From Ophelia neglecta (Eukaryota): 64,000 nucleotides of DNA. Below are positions 13,072 to 24,488 of this stretch, piece after piece. Both the position numbers and the translations under genes were made by a program. Below the pieces are notes generated by a model. The model worked only from the letters and a program-made list of their open reading frames with translations. It was not told where the DNA came from and did not search any database. The stretch lies in contig OZ260662.1 of assembly GCA_965285935.1 (NCBI GenBank), positions 58,900,001 to 58,964,000 on the forward strand. Reading direction: 5' to 3'. Positions within the stretch are counted from its first letter, which is position 1. Each line of letters begins with the position of its first letter.

Positions 13072-13697
13072 TATATCAAGAGCACTTATCTATGTCATTG
13101 AGTGTCATAAGTGCGGACACATCTATGTTGGAGAAACTGGACGAAGATTGGGAGATCGTTTCGTGGAACACAGACTGTCAGTCATAAAAAAAGATCAATC
13201 AAAGGCTGTTGGAGAACACTTCTCTTCCAATGGACACAACGTAGAAGACATGAAAGTTTGTGGCCTACTCAGTGTGGTGGACATTAACAGAAGAAAACTC
13301 CTGGAACAAAAAATAATCGGCAAACTGGGATGCTTACAGGGACTCGGAGGCATGTATATTGACTTTAATTTTATGAGTGTTAATTAGTGCCTTTTCGTTC
13401 ATTTTGGACAACTGTACTCACTTTCCTGACGTTTTTGGTTCTCTGCATTATTAATCTGGTACTTTTTGTTTTGTTTCTTCTACTATTTTCTCTTTCATTT
13501 GTCATTTACCGCATTTTGTCGCGAGTTTCTATGTTTGACGTCATTAACGACGTAATTTGGTTTTTGACGTCATTTCCTATAACATTTTTTTGAATTTGCT
13601 CATTTAGATTTTTTGTACCTTGAGGAAGGCTGCATCAGCCGAAACGTCGGTCTATTAAAGTTTTAACACCCGTTGGACATCTTTTTACTTCATTTTA
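13072..13697 (+). mobile_element. Penelope family B, 5'-truncated (GIY-YIG + 3'UTR + pLTR, no tail)
   Basis: CISRALIYVIECHKCGHIYVGETGRRLGDRFVEH...; TSD TTTGCAATGTG at 13061-13071 and 13698-13708. Confidence 0.9.
13617..13651 (+). ncRNA. Minimal hammerhead ribozyme, family B; also at 17401(+), 59590(+), 15447(-), 59527(-), and mutated at 61425(-)
   Basis: ACC-TTGAGGA-A-GGCTG-CAT-CAGCC-GAAACGTC-GGT: helix I ACC/GGT, 5-bp helix II, palindromic ACGT helix III, GUC cleavage triplet. Confidence 0.75.
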
Positions 13698-13937
13698 TTT
13701 GCAATGTGGTCGAGAGATTAATCAATGATCCGAATAAGGTAAAAAATTCAACGAAAATTGCGAGATATTTTGCTGAACCTGGTCATAGCGCTGATGACAT
13801 GCGAGTGGGGGCTATTTGTACCATCGATGACAGGAAGGATGGCTTCAGTATTAAAATATAAATCCTGAGGTTTCCCTGTGTCGCTTCACCAAGGAGCAAG
13901 AAGTTATCGGACTCTTGGGAGCTTATCGTGGAGAGGC

Positions 13938-14403
13938 CAAAAAATTCTTGGAAAATCCCTGAGTTCACTCCTGTGTCTCCGCTAATGTTTTATATGGAAT
14001 TACATGCATTACATGTGGCAAACTTTATATTGGAGAAACCACGCGCCGCCTTTCAGATAGAAGAGAGATATATGTAGGTTCTCTGTGCACCACCTAATTA
14101 TGCAATAAAATGAAATAAAAAGATGTCCAACGGGTGTTAAAACTTTAATAGACCGACGTTTCGGCTGATGCAGAAAGATTTCGAGAACATCTCAGGGACA
14201 TTAGAAAGTCGATAAGAGCCTCACCGGTCGCCCAACATTTCACCAGCACAGGACATTCCATCGATGATGTTAGCATAACTGTGCTTAAACAATGTGCTAA
14301 TGATATTGACAGAAAAGCCCTCGAAATGAGGCTAATCCATAAACTTGGTACCCTTGACCCTCATGGTATGAATTTAGACTTCACATACAAGGTTTGAATA
14401 CCA
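13938..14403 (+). mobile_element. Penelope family C, 5' half (GIY-YIG) of the copy split by the DIRS element
   Basis: CVSANVLYGITCITCGKLYIGETTRRLSDRFREH...HGMN; collinear with the uninterrupted copy at 62668-62931. Confidence 0.9.
14060..14170 (-). mobile_element. Family B tail plus partial pLTR mini-insertion within the family C GIY-YIG
   Basis: Matches 15355-15465. Imperfect TSD CAGATAGA/CAGAAAGA; empty site visible at ~62723-62730. Confidence 0.8.
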
Positions 14404-14476
14404 AATTCTATCTCACCTCCCCAGTCTACGTCACTCTAGTAATCACACGAAGATCACAGCAGCTGAGCATCATCAT
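14404..14476 (+). repeat. DIRS left terminus / left ITR
   Basis: 14404-14448 is complementary to ICR 58341-58385; 14440-14476 is complementary to 58555-58591. Confidence 0.9.
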
Positions 14477-15354
14477 TACACAGTTAGCTCTTGAGCAGTG
14501 CACATGTGTGGACCAGTGCTCCGTTAGTGAAATCTCAACTACGTGGCCCAAGGAGGACTTTTCACTGTAGGATAACTTTCTTGTGTTTGTATCACCTGTT
14601 TTGTGTTGAATTCTGTTCCTCCCCTACTTTGCAATGGCTACTATTACTGAGCCTGTATTGCTCAACCCAAATGAGATTGAGCAGCATCCCAATGAAATGA
14701 TGGGCATGCTGGCCAACCTGACTGGCTCCCTTGACAAGATGACCGGCTTTATGGAAAAGCTGGGCAAGGCCTATGAGTCCCTTGCAGCCCCCAAAAAATA
14801 GAGCCAGAACAGAGTTGGCGTTAGGTAACAATAGCGATCAACATTTGGATGATGCTATACTTAAGGACGAGGAAGACTTAAACAGTCTACTCTCCCATGA
14901 TAACCCCTCTGAACCTCAACCTGTTCTTATGGATTGTGAGGAAAAAGAAAATGAGGGCGATGATGGGGATATAGATGTCTTAAATGACATTTGTGATGAA
15001 TTAGAAATGTCTGAAAAAATTTTCATCAAACGTCTCAGAAAAACTTGCTAAAATCGTAAATGCAAGATTTGACAGGAAATTGTCATTTGATCTCCTCAAG
15101 GAGAAGCTTGATAAACACCACCGGCCTAAAAATGGTGAGAAAATGTTAGTGCCTACATTAAATGAAGAGGTAAAGTCATCGATTAATCTGTTGCAGAACA
15201 AAAGAGATCAAAGGCTGGCCCATCTGCAAAAGGCTGTAGTAAACTCAGCTCTAGCGGTCACCACTATGACACAGATGGCCCTCTCTGGCAAAAAAGAATC
15301 CCAGTCCGTTGATTGGGAGAAACTTGTCATTGCTGGCACAGATGCTATAGCTAT

Positions 15355-17482
15355 GAAGAGAGATATATGTAGGTTCTCTGTGCACACCCTAATTATGCAA
15401 TAAAATGAAGTAAAAAGATGTCCAACGGGTGTTAAAACTTTAATAGACCGACGTTTCGGCTGATGCAGCCTTCCTCAAGGTACAAAAAATCTAAATGAGC
15501 AAATTCAAAAAAAATGTTATAGGAAATGACGTCAAAAACCAAATTACGTCGTTAATGACGTCAAACATAGAAACTCGCGACAAAATGCGGTAAATGACAA
15601 ATGAAAGGGAAAATAGTAGAAGGAACATAACAAAAAGTACCAGATTAATAATGCAGAGAACCAAAAACGTCAGGAAAGTGAGTACAGTTGTCCAAAATGA
15701 ACGAAAAGGCACTAATTAACACTCATAAAATTAAAGTCAATATTCATGCCTCCGAGTCCCTGTAAGCATCCCAGTTTGCCGATTATTTTTTGTTCCAGGA
15801 GTTTTCTTCTGTTAATGTCCACCACACTGAGTAGGCCACAAACTTTCATGTCTTCTACGTTGTGTCCATTGGAAGAGAAGTGTTCTCCAACAGCCTTTGA
15901 TTGATCTTTTTTTATGACTGACAGTCTGTGTTCCACGAAACGATCTCCCAATCTTCGTCCAGTTTCACCAACATAGATGTGTTCGCACTTATGACACTCA
16001 ATGACATAGATAAGTGCTCTTGATATACAGGTAAATTTGTCCTTGATGTTAAAAAGTCCTTTTGGTCCCTGTATACTTTTTGCTGGTTAACATAAGAGCA
16101 AGTATAGCAACGGGGTCTACCACAGGAAAAAGTGCCGGCTTCTGGATGGGACGGCTTGGTGTTGGCATGGACTAACATATCTCTTAGGTTACTACCCCTT
16201 TTGTAGGCGACCAAGGGGCGTGATTGGAATACGTTGTGGAGTTCTTCGTCCTCTGAAAGAATAGAAAAGTTCCTCTGTATTATCTTCGCGACCTTCTTAT
16301 TGATCTCGTTGTGGATTATAGGGAATGTTAATGGTAGCTTGTTCTTATCATTTGGTGTTTGTAGTATTTCTTCCCTTGAGAATTTTTCGGCTCTCCTCAA
16401 TCCTTTCATGATGATCTTCCTGGGGTATCCCCGCTGTTGAAAAAAGTCTATCATGTTCCTTGCTTCTCCTTGGAACTGTTCTTCTCTAGAGCATATCTTC
16501 CTCAGGCGCAGAAATTGAGAATATGGAATGCTGTTTTTGCATGCCACTGGATGGTCAGATTCATATAGTAGGTATGAATGAGTATCCGAGTCTTTATAGA
16601 AAATTCCCGAGTGTATTTGATCTTTTTCAATTGATAAAATAGTGTCCAGCATATTAACAGTCTTGTCCGATATCACTGCTACGTATTCTATGTGGGGGTT
16701 ATGCATGTTGACGTAAGATACATATTTCTCTAGGTCTTCTCGGCTCATTGACGTCGCTCCGAAAATGTCGTCTATGTAGCGCTTCTGGAGCTCTGGTTTA
16801 GGACCTTGATACGAAAGGTTAATTTTTTCTTCCTCGTGACCGATAAACAAACAGGCGTACTCTGACCCGAAGCAAGTTCCCATCATGGTTCCTCCAATTT
16901 GAGTGTAGAAGTCTCCTTCAAACTGGAAACAGTTGACCGTAAGGACCAGTTCTGCGAGACGTAGAATAGTAGCTGTGCTTATATTTCTCTGAGATGTGGG
17001 ATCCCTTTGGTCGAGGAAGTGTTTGAGAGCTAAAAGTCCATCACTATTGGGTATGTTAGTGTAGAGGCTCTTGATATCCATAGTGAAAAGCAAGTTGTTA
17101 TTGTCTGTTGGGAAGCGAAACGGCTTGGTGATATTCAAGAGATGGTTGGTGTCTTTGATGAAAGAAGGCAATTCTTGAACAATTGGTTTCAAGAGTTCAC
17201 TCAAATATTTAGAAATCAAATATGTAGGACACGAAATACTGGTACTTTTTGTTATGTTCCTTCTACTATTTTCTCTTTCATTTGTCATTTACCGCATTTT
17301 GTCGCGAGTTTCTATGTTTGACGTCATTAACGACGTAATTTGGTTTTTGACGTCATTTCCTATAACATTTTTTTTGAATTTGCTCATTTAGATTTTTTGT
17401 ACCTTGAGGAAGGCTGCATCAGCCGAAACGTCGGTCTATTAAAGTTTTAACACCCGTTGGACATCTTTTTACTTCATTTTAT
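15355..17482 (-). mobile_element. Penelope family B, 5'-truncated, with inverted upstream pLTR
   Basis: Tail+pLTR+3'UTR at 15355-15711, ORF to ~17238, inverted pLTR ~17238-17482; TSD TGCTATAGCTATG at 15343-15355 and 17483-17495. Confidence 0.93.
15712..17238 (-). pseudogene. Penelope-like RT + GIY-YIG polyprotein (Neptune-like), one frameshift near 16080
   Basis: MDIKSLYTNIP, QIGGTMMG, RYIDDIF, YKDSDTHSYL, CGRPRCYTC, then IYVIECHKC..IYVGET in the other frame. Confidence 0.92.
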
Positions 17483-18000
17483 TGCTATAGCTATGTTGGG
17501 GCATGTAACTAATGAGCTATGCCCACATAGAAAATACCAGCTAAAGCCTGCCCTTAGCCCCGAATACCAGCACCTCTGTAATCAGAGTACAGAAGTAACT
17601 TCACTCTTGTTTGGTGACAACCTGAACAAAGCCATGGCTGATGCAAAACAGGTGGCCAAGCTGGGAAAAAAGGCAACAGGCCAAGGACAGCAGTCAAAAA
17701 ACTGGCAGGGCAAGAACCGGCAGAAATGGAACCCAAATTTCAACAGGCACAAAAACAAAAACAGGTCCAACCAATACAGAGGACACAAACCCAACAATGC
17801 CAGCTCAAGCGGCCAGTACAAACAGAAGGGCCAATAGTCGAGGTAAGGACTAATCATGCTTGTAATTGGACCTACTGGTGTTTTATGGCATCAGTTGATC
17901 TGAAAGATGCATACTATTCTGTCCCTATTGCAGAAGAACATCAAAAGTATCTCAAATTTGAGTGGGAAGGACAATTCTTCCAATACACCGTTTTTCCAAA

Positions 18001-21000
18001 TAGTCTGGGCAGATTCTGGGAAAATGTGTATATTTAAAGTGGTGGAGGCATTTCATGTTTACGGCTGGCAAACATCATTTTTAGATGTATTTTTACATTC
18101 TTAATCGATCTAGAGGGTTTGCCAGAGTCAATTTTCAGCCGTTAACTCACAAACGTGATAAATCCAAAATGGCCGCCACCGAAATATGAAAACCTTATTT
18201 TTGTCATATCTTTGGAACAAAAAATGGTATAAACATAAATAAAGCATCATATTGTATGTTTTCAGGTACAAGGAATCCATTGAGACCATTATTAACGCTT
18301 TAATATTTCAAGAAATCAAGATATATACCATATTTGGGCAAAACATATCACCGACTGTGTCGAAAATGGTCATGTCTTTTATTCATATTGTTGATATCAG
18401 ACATGGTAAGAACATAAATGAAACATATTTTTTGTATGTTTTCAGGCACTAGATAGAAATCCATTAAGACTGCCATTTAGCAAGTAAATTTATATTGCCC
18501 ACCATTGGACTTTTTTTACTATTATACCTGTTCAAATAAGCATTGATTGGTTGTGGGCATATGACCAACTCACCAGAAATGTTAATTACGATCAACCCAA
18601 ATGGTTGTACTGATTGACCTTGTGCTTGTTCCTTTTTTGTTGTTGTATGCAGTTGTTTTTTGTAATTTGTTTTATATGTAACACATTTCATTTTAACAAC
18701 TTTGAAACAAATGTTCCCGTTTCTCAAGGAAGATGGAGATGTCATTTATTACATTGGGAATGATTTGTATTGGACACATATTTGTCATTGTGTAATTTTA
18801 GTAACAAAATAAATGTTGTTCCATTTAATGTTCCGGGAATATGTCATGTAAATGTGACTACAACTGAACCTCATGTGCGCCTGTACCATAAAGGCATCTG
18901 TCTTTGTTTGAGCATTTAATTTGTACCAATGGATTCAGATCAAGCATCAAGGAAGCGGGGATTGCTAATAGATTATGGCTAGCCTAAACATTCTTTTATA
19001 GAGCGCGGTTTAGTCGGCTTAAATTGTCATTACACTGTGACAGCTCCATGCTCTCAAGACGGATTCACAATAGGCCTACCAAAGAATGTACAGGTCTGTT
19101 TTCCGACTAAAGAGGTCACCGTAGTATGAACACCAACTGGGCAACAGCGGTTTGGGCGGAAGTCAGGGAATATCAAAATCGGAAGCTCCTGTCTCAACAA
19201 GTTGTTTGTGTGAGCTTTGCTTATTTGAGCAGATGTGTACACCGGAAGTAGTACATATATAGGTCAGAGGGGATACTCTAGTACTTGGAAGTTTGTAGAT
19301 AGTCAGGTAGGAACTTAAGCTCAGTAGTATACATTATATATTAAATACTAGACTGGTTATAAAAGCAATATTACAACATGCCGGGCAACATGCCTTTCTT
19401 AAAGATAGCTTCAGAGCATACAATATTAAAAGATTTTACAATGTTCATTTCGCATTTCAGCTGGTACACTCTCATTTTTATCATTATACATAAGGGGGAG
19501 AGGCCTCGGTAGTGCCAGACTGAATGGCTTCTGAAATATTGCTTCAAGAGGCTTGTGATCTGTGTGTATTGTTACTGAGCGGCCAAATACATATATATGC
19601 ATAGTTTCTCATAAGCATGGAGTAAAGCAAGTAGTTCTCTCTCAATATTGGTCCCTTTTCTTTGGAGGTCAACGACTTACGTTAAAACTGGACCGTTTTC
19701 CTCTTTGAAGCAACACAGTGCCGAGTCCCTTGAGCGAAGCATCTGTTTCTATAGTAACTTGCAGGCCAGGGTCGAAGTGCACTAGTTTAGTGATCTCTGT
19801 TTTCACTTTCTGAGTCTTCTCGATCCCTGCTGCATCTCAGCTGTCCGTACATAGTGGACATCTTTCTTCAACAATCCCCTCGTGCTGAATGTCATCTGAG
19901 CCAGTTTGGGCATGAAGTTGGCCATGAAGTTGACCGAGCCAAGGAAACTCTATAGCTCCTGCTTGTTCTCTGGCGGCGACATTTCTTGGATGTCCTGGAC
20001 TTTGTCCAGGGCTGGTTTCACGCCATCAGTTGATATCATTCGGCCGAAGTAATCAATGCTGGTTTTCTCGATGCAGAATTTATTTGGGTTGAACCTGATA
20101 CCTGCGTTCTTGGTTCTACGTACAGTCTCAAATAGGTGGATTTCCTGCCTTTCTTCCGTAGAACCCTGTACCTTCACGTCATCGGCACAGCTTGTCCAAT
20201 TCCAGTTTGAATTTGTTCTGTGTATCAAGTGGAATAGCGCGGGGTGGAAGCTGCACTGGCTCGATATCAGGATTCACTTTAAGATGTGCTTCGCCCTCAA
20301 AAAGTCCCACAGAACCATCAAACATCTCTGGGAAAATGTTCATCAAGTCCTTCTGCGGGTCTCCTGTTATCTTGCCTAGTGGCAGGTATTCCTTCCCCTT
20401 ATGCTTAAGCGTGCTGTAATCTACCTCTGTCTCCTCTGTGGCATGCACAGCTTCTACTTCAGCATTGATGTTCCTCAATGTACATATTTCTGCAAAGGTG
20501 ATGAGTTTGAAATGGGTACAAAAATCTACACCAAGAATCAGTTCAGTGCCGAGTTCTGTGATTATAATGCTGATGTTGTGTGTGTGATCATAACACTTGA
20601 CCCTGGTAGTCAGTACCCCTTTAGCTAGTAAGTCTGTACCAGTAACACCTCGTAACTTCACCTGTGTCGGTTTCAAACAGTGTTCTCCAAGGTGGAAATC
20701 TTTTAGCATATGAAGTGGCATACAAGTGGCTCCTGTATCCAACTTTCCTGCGACATCACCTCTCGGGGTTGTCTCCACGATACCAATGTTAATTGTATTA
20801 TAAAAGTCATCGTCATCACTTTCACTACACAATGTGACAGCTCTAGTCTTCTGAGTTCTGTGGGTCCTTTTTCGAAGACAAGCTTTCTCGAAGTGCCCTT
20901 TTCGGAAACAGAAGTCGCATTCAGCTACATGGGCTGGGCTGTTCTCGCGAATGTGTTGTGATGCAGAGCAACATTTACATCTCCTGTCCCCCCTGCTATC

Positions 21001-22175
21001 TGTTCCTCTGTGATCGTGAAAGGATTCCGCTGGTGGTGTGTATAGAGTGTGCCTTTTCTGTCGGTTACCTCTTTGTTGTGGACGACGTGGCGGTTCGTGA
21101 GAGTATGAAGCGCTAACCTGTATTTCACTGATTTTTTTCATTGTGACATCAAGGGACTCAAACTGTCTGAGGAGACCCAGACATGTCTTGACTTATACAT
21201 CTTTGTTCTTCACCATAAGCTTTTTCTTGGCTTCAGTGTTGATACATCCATTTATCAGTTTGTCTGCAATCAAAAAGATAGATTCGGCTGGGAACGCAGC
21301 TGGTCTATGTAGCTCAACAAGGCGGCTATAGCAACTGTTAGTATTCTACTTTCTATTTAACATTGTAGAAATCTTCACGCGCTTGGTGATGAATGTCGGA
21401 ACATTTTGCCTGAATAAAGTCACTTAATGGTCCTTTATAGACAATAGTAATGGAAAACTGGTAGCTTTTTTGGTAGCTGCATTCCTGTTTAACATTTGTT
21501 TATAGTGGTCAATGAAAAATATACGTACATTTATGTAAATAGTATAGCCGCATCAGTTCTAGTAGTCTATACTCAGTATATCCCTCATTGGAATCATAAC
21601 ATAAAGATAAAATTAAGTTCCTTTTTCAAGTTAGTATATTAGATGCAACCACTAATAAAAATTTGCCCAAATATGGTGTATATCTTGATTTCTTGAAATA
21701 TTGAGGCCTTAATAATGGTCTCATTGGATTCCTTGTACCTGAAAACATACAAAATGATGCTTTATTTATGTTTATAACATTTTTTGTGCCGAAGATATGA
21801 CAAAAATTAGGTTTTCATATTTTGGTGGCGGCCATTTTGGATTTGCCCTAATATGACATCAATCTTGATTTCTCGGACTATTGAAGATTTATTAAAGGTC
21901 TCAATAGATTCCTTTTCACCTGAAAACATACAAAATGATGCTTTTTTTATGTTTCTATCATTTTTGGTGCCAAAGATATGACAAAAATTAGGTTTTCATA
22001 TTACAGTGGCGGCCATTTTGGATTTACCATGTTTGTGAGTTAACGGCTGAAAATTGAGTCCGGCATACCCCCTAGATCGATTAAGAATGCAAAAATACAT
22101 CTAAAAATGATGTTTGCCAGCCGTAAACATGAAATGCCTCCACCATTAACATTTTCTGAATACTGGCCTAGTCTA
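18001..22175. mobile_element. Non-autonomous TIR DNA transposon, Academ-like (TAG...CTA termini, 3-bp TSD AAA), inserted in the DIRS RT
   Basis: Long imperfect TIRs (18001-~18342 vs ~21662-22175, with ~180-bp subrepeats carrying CAAAATGGCCGCC). Removing it restores TTTCCAAACGGCC as in the other RT copies. Superfamily inferred from termini and TSD only. Confidence 0.7.
19500..21330 (-). mobile_element. Decayed Gypsy (Mag-like) LTR retrotransposon gag-pol remnant
   Basis: Tandem Zn knuckles (CKCC...H; CDFCFRKGHFEKAC), protease LDTGAT, RT ADDVKVQG...IDYFG, RNaseH ETDASLKGLG and TDHKPL; internal deletions; no LTR pair recognised. Confidence 0.8.
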
Positions 22176-22178
22176 AAA

Positions 22179-24345
22179 CGGCCTAAGAAGCTGTCCTCGA
22201 GATTTTACCAAGTTGCTTAAGCCAGCTTATGCCGAATTACGCCGGCAAGCGAATCAATCTGTGGCATATATGGAAGACTCATTTTTACAAGGTGAGCAAA
22301 AGGCTGACTGCCAGTTAAACGTGCTTCACACAGCTGAGATGATCTCATCCCTCGGTTTTATTATACACCCTGAAAAATCAGTACTTGTCCCAACTCAGAT
22401 AATTGAGTTCCTGGGCTTCCTGTTGGACTCAATCAACATGGTAGTAAAACTGACCCCACACAAAGCTACTGTTGTAAAACAGGCATGTGAACATCTCATG
22501 TCAAAGAATCTTCCCACAATTAGGGAAGTTTGTGTGGTTATAGGCAAATTAGTGGCTAGCTTTCCTGGAGTACTAATGGGACCACTTCACTATAGAACAA
22601 TAGAGACTGACAAAACTGCAGCTTTGAAGCTAAACAAGGGGAACTTTGATGCCACCATGACTTTATCACAAGGGGCCATTTCTGATTTGCAGTGGTGGAC
22701 TCAGCATGTTGAAACTGCTTTCAAACCAATTTCTCATGGTGAACCAGATGTTGTTCTCACCACAGATGCAAGCCTTAAAGCCTAGGGTGCCTTTAATAAA
22801 ACCAACTCACATTCAGCCCAAGGGGAATGGTCAATTAATGAAGCATCGAGTCAAATCAATGTTCTAGAACTAAAAGCAGCTCTTTTCGAACTGAAATCTC
22901 TCAGTGCTGTCTTGACAAATAAGCACATCAGACTTATGGTTGATAACATGACTGCTGTGGCTTACATTAGAGAGATGGGTGGGTGCAAATCCCATGATTG
23001 TGATCTTATCAGCCTAGAAATCTGGCAGTGGGCTTCTAGAAGCCTGTTTCCAGAAGCCTGTGGATCAGTGTAGCCCGTATTGCTGGAAAAGACAACATTG
23101 AAGCTGATATATTATCCAGAAAGTTTGATCATGAAACAGAATGGATGTTAAACCCACAAATGTTTAGAAATGCAATCAATTTGTGCCAGTTATAACCTAA
23201 GATTGATCTCTTTGCCTTCTAGAATCAACTGTCAATTGCCTACTTTCTTAGCTTGGAAACCTCAGCCAAATGCTTTTGCAATTGATGCTTTCTCAATTAA
23301 TTGGTCATTACTTGATTTTTACGCTTTTCCGCCTTTCTCTGTCATTTCTTTGGTTATACTAAAAGTCTTACATGAGAAAGCAACAGGAATCATTGTTATT
23401 CCCTACTGGCCGACTCAGTAAAATGAAGTAAAAAGATGTCCAACGGGTGTTAAAACTTTAATAGACCGACGTTTCGGCTGATGCAGCCTTCCTCAAGGTA
23501 CAAAAAATCTAAAATGACTCAGGCCTGGTTCCCATCTGTCATACATCTGTTGTGTGATTTCCCAATTTTGCTTTCTAGGAGCCGGTCATTATTGACCCTG
23601 CCGAGCAATCCACACAAAACACATCTATTGCACAAGAAGCTAGATCTACTGATGTGCTACATATCGAGGCAAACATCCAAAGTCAGGGACTTTCAACAAC
23701 GGCTAGAAATCTCATTCAGGCATCATGGAGACCGTCCACGAAAAAACAATACATCCCCTACTTACGGCGGTGGGAAATTTATTGCCATCAGAGGAAAATC
23801 AATAAAATTAAAAGTTCTGTGACTGATGGAATTAATTAACTTGGCTGAACTTTATAATACCGGAATTGGATAAAGTGCTATCAGCACCGCTCGTTCGGCA
23901 CTATCAACAGTTCTGCCGACTGTGGACCGAATAAATTTTGGCAAAGACCCCAATGTGACAAGGCTTTTAAAAGGAGTCTTCAATAAAAGACCTTCTTTGC
24001 CAAGGTTTCCAGCAATTTTTGATGTCAACATCTTATGATTCATTTTAAAAATATACCACTTTACCTGATCCCACTCAAGGAACTTTCTACAAAATTAGTA
24101 ATGCCGCTCGCTCTATTAACTGGGCGTGTGCAGACTCTCGTGGCTATCAAAACGGACAAGCTAACTTGTAAACCTACAAAGTGTGTTATCACAATTGATT
24201 CCGTATTAAAAACATCGAAGCCAGGGCGGCACATCAAGCCTATTGAGCTTTTGGCCTTTGAGGATGAAACATTGTCCCCTGTAAAGCATTTACAGAAATA
24301 TCTTGATTCAACATCTTCACTAAGGGGGAATGAGACCAAACTATT
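22179..24345 (+). pseudogene. DIRS unit 0: RT 3' part (YMED), RNaseH, MT and truncated YR
   Basis: Continues from 17878-18000 across the TIR element; stop at 22785. Confidence 0.9.
23419..23515 (-). mobile_element. 97-bp hammerhead-only family B insertion in the DIRS MT domain; copies at 26157-26253, 40531-40627 and 43269-43365
   Basis: 7-bp TSD GACTCAG; empty site present in the other nine units. Confidence 0.92.
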
Positions 24346-24488
24346 GGTGATGAGGCTATTTTCAAGTTGAATGTTGATCAAATATTGCTGAATGCAATTA
24401 ACAGTGTAAAGAAGTTTAAGGCTGGCCGGCTTAAGCACTTTGTAAACAAGTGGTAATCTCTAACAACTGATAAAGAGATCATTCAAAT

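Larger units (their letters stand above)
12230..13936 (+). mobile_element. More diverged tandem family A internally deleted copies, interrupted by a family B insertion
   Basis: Same pLTR-ATGCACCAAATCAG...GIY-YIG organisation; carry a 34-bp insert at 12412 and 13848. Confidence 0.8.
14690..17837 (+). pseudogene. DIRS ORF1 (gag-like), frameshifted and split by family B at 15355-17482
   Basis: ORF pieces 14773-15051, 15080-15354 and 17483-17837 join across the TSD (...AGTDAIAM/LGHVTNELC...LFGDNL). Lies between the left ITR and RT and has a basic C-terminus. The 5' limit is approximate. Confidence 0.75.

Noticed and set aside
12845-13387. 180-aa ORF as a novel fusion protein
   Set aside because: Chance read-through from an out-of-frame family A sequence into the inserted family B GIY-YIG
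13387-13593. Hydrophobic 68-73 aa ORF resembling a membrane peptide (also 15491-15712)
   Set aside because: Translation of the T-rich family B 3'UTR with a non-ATG start; no independent coding evidence
18001-18006. TAGTCT as a 6-bp TSD (also at 22169-22174)
   Set aside because: Empty sites in the other RT copies contain no TAGTCT; it belongs to the element termini and the duplication is AAA
18900-19450. Possible LTR of the Gypsy remnant
   Set aside because: No matching second copy or clear TG...CA boundaries found by eye
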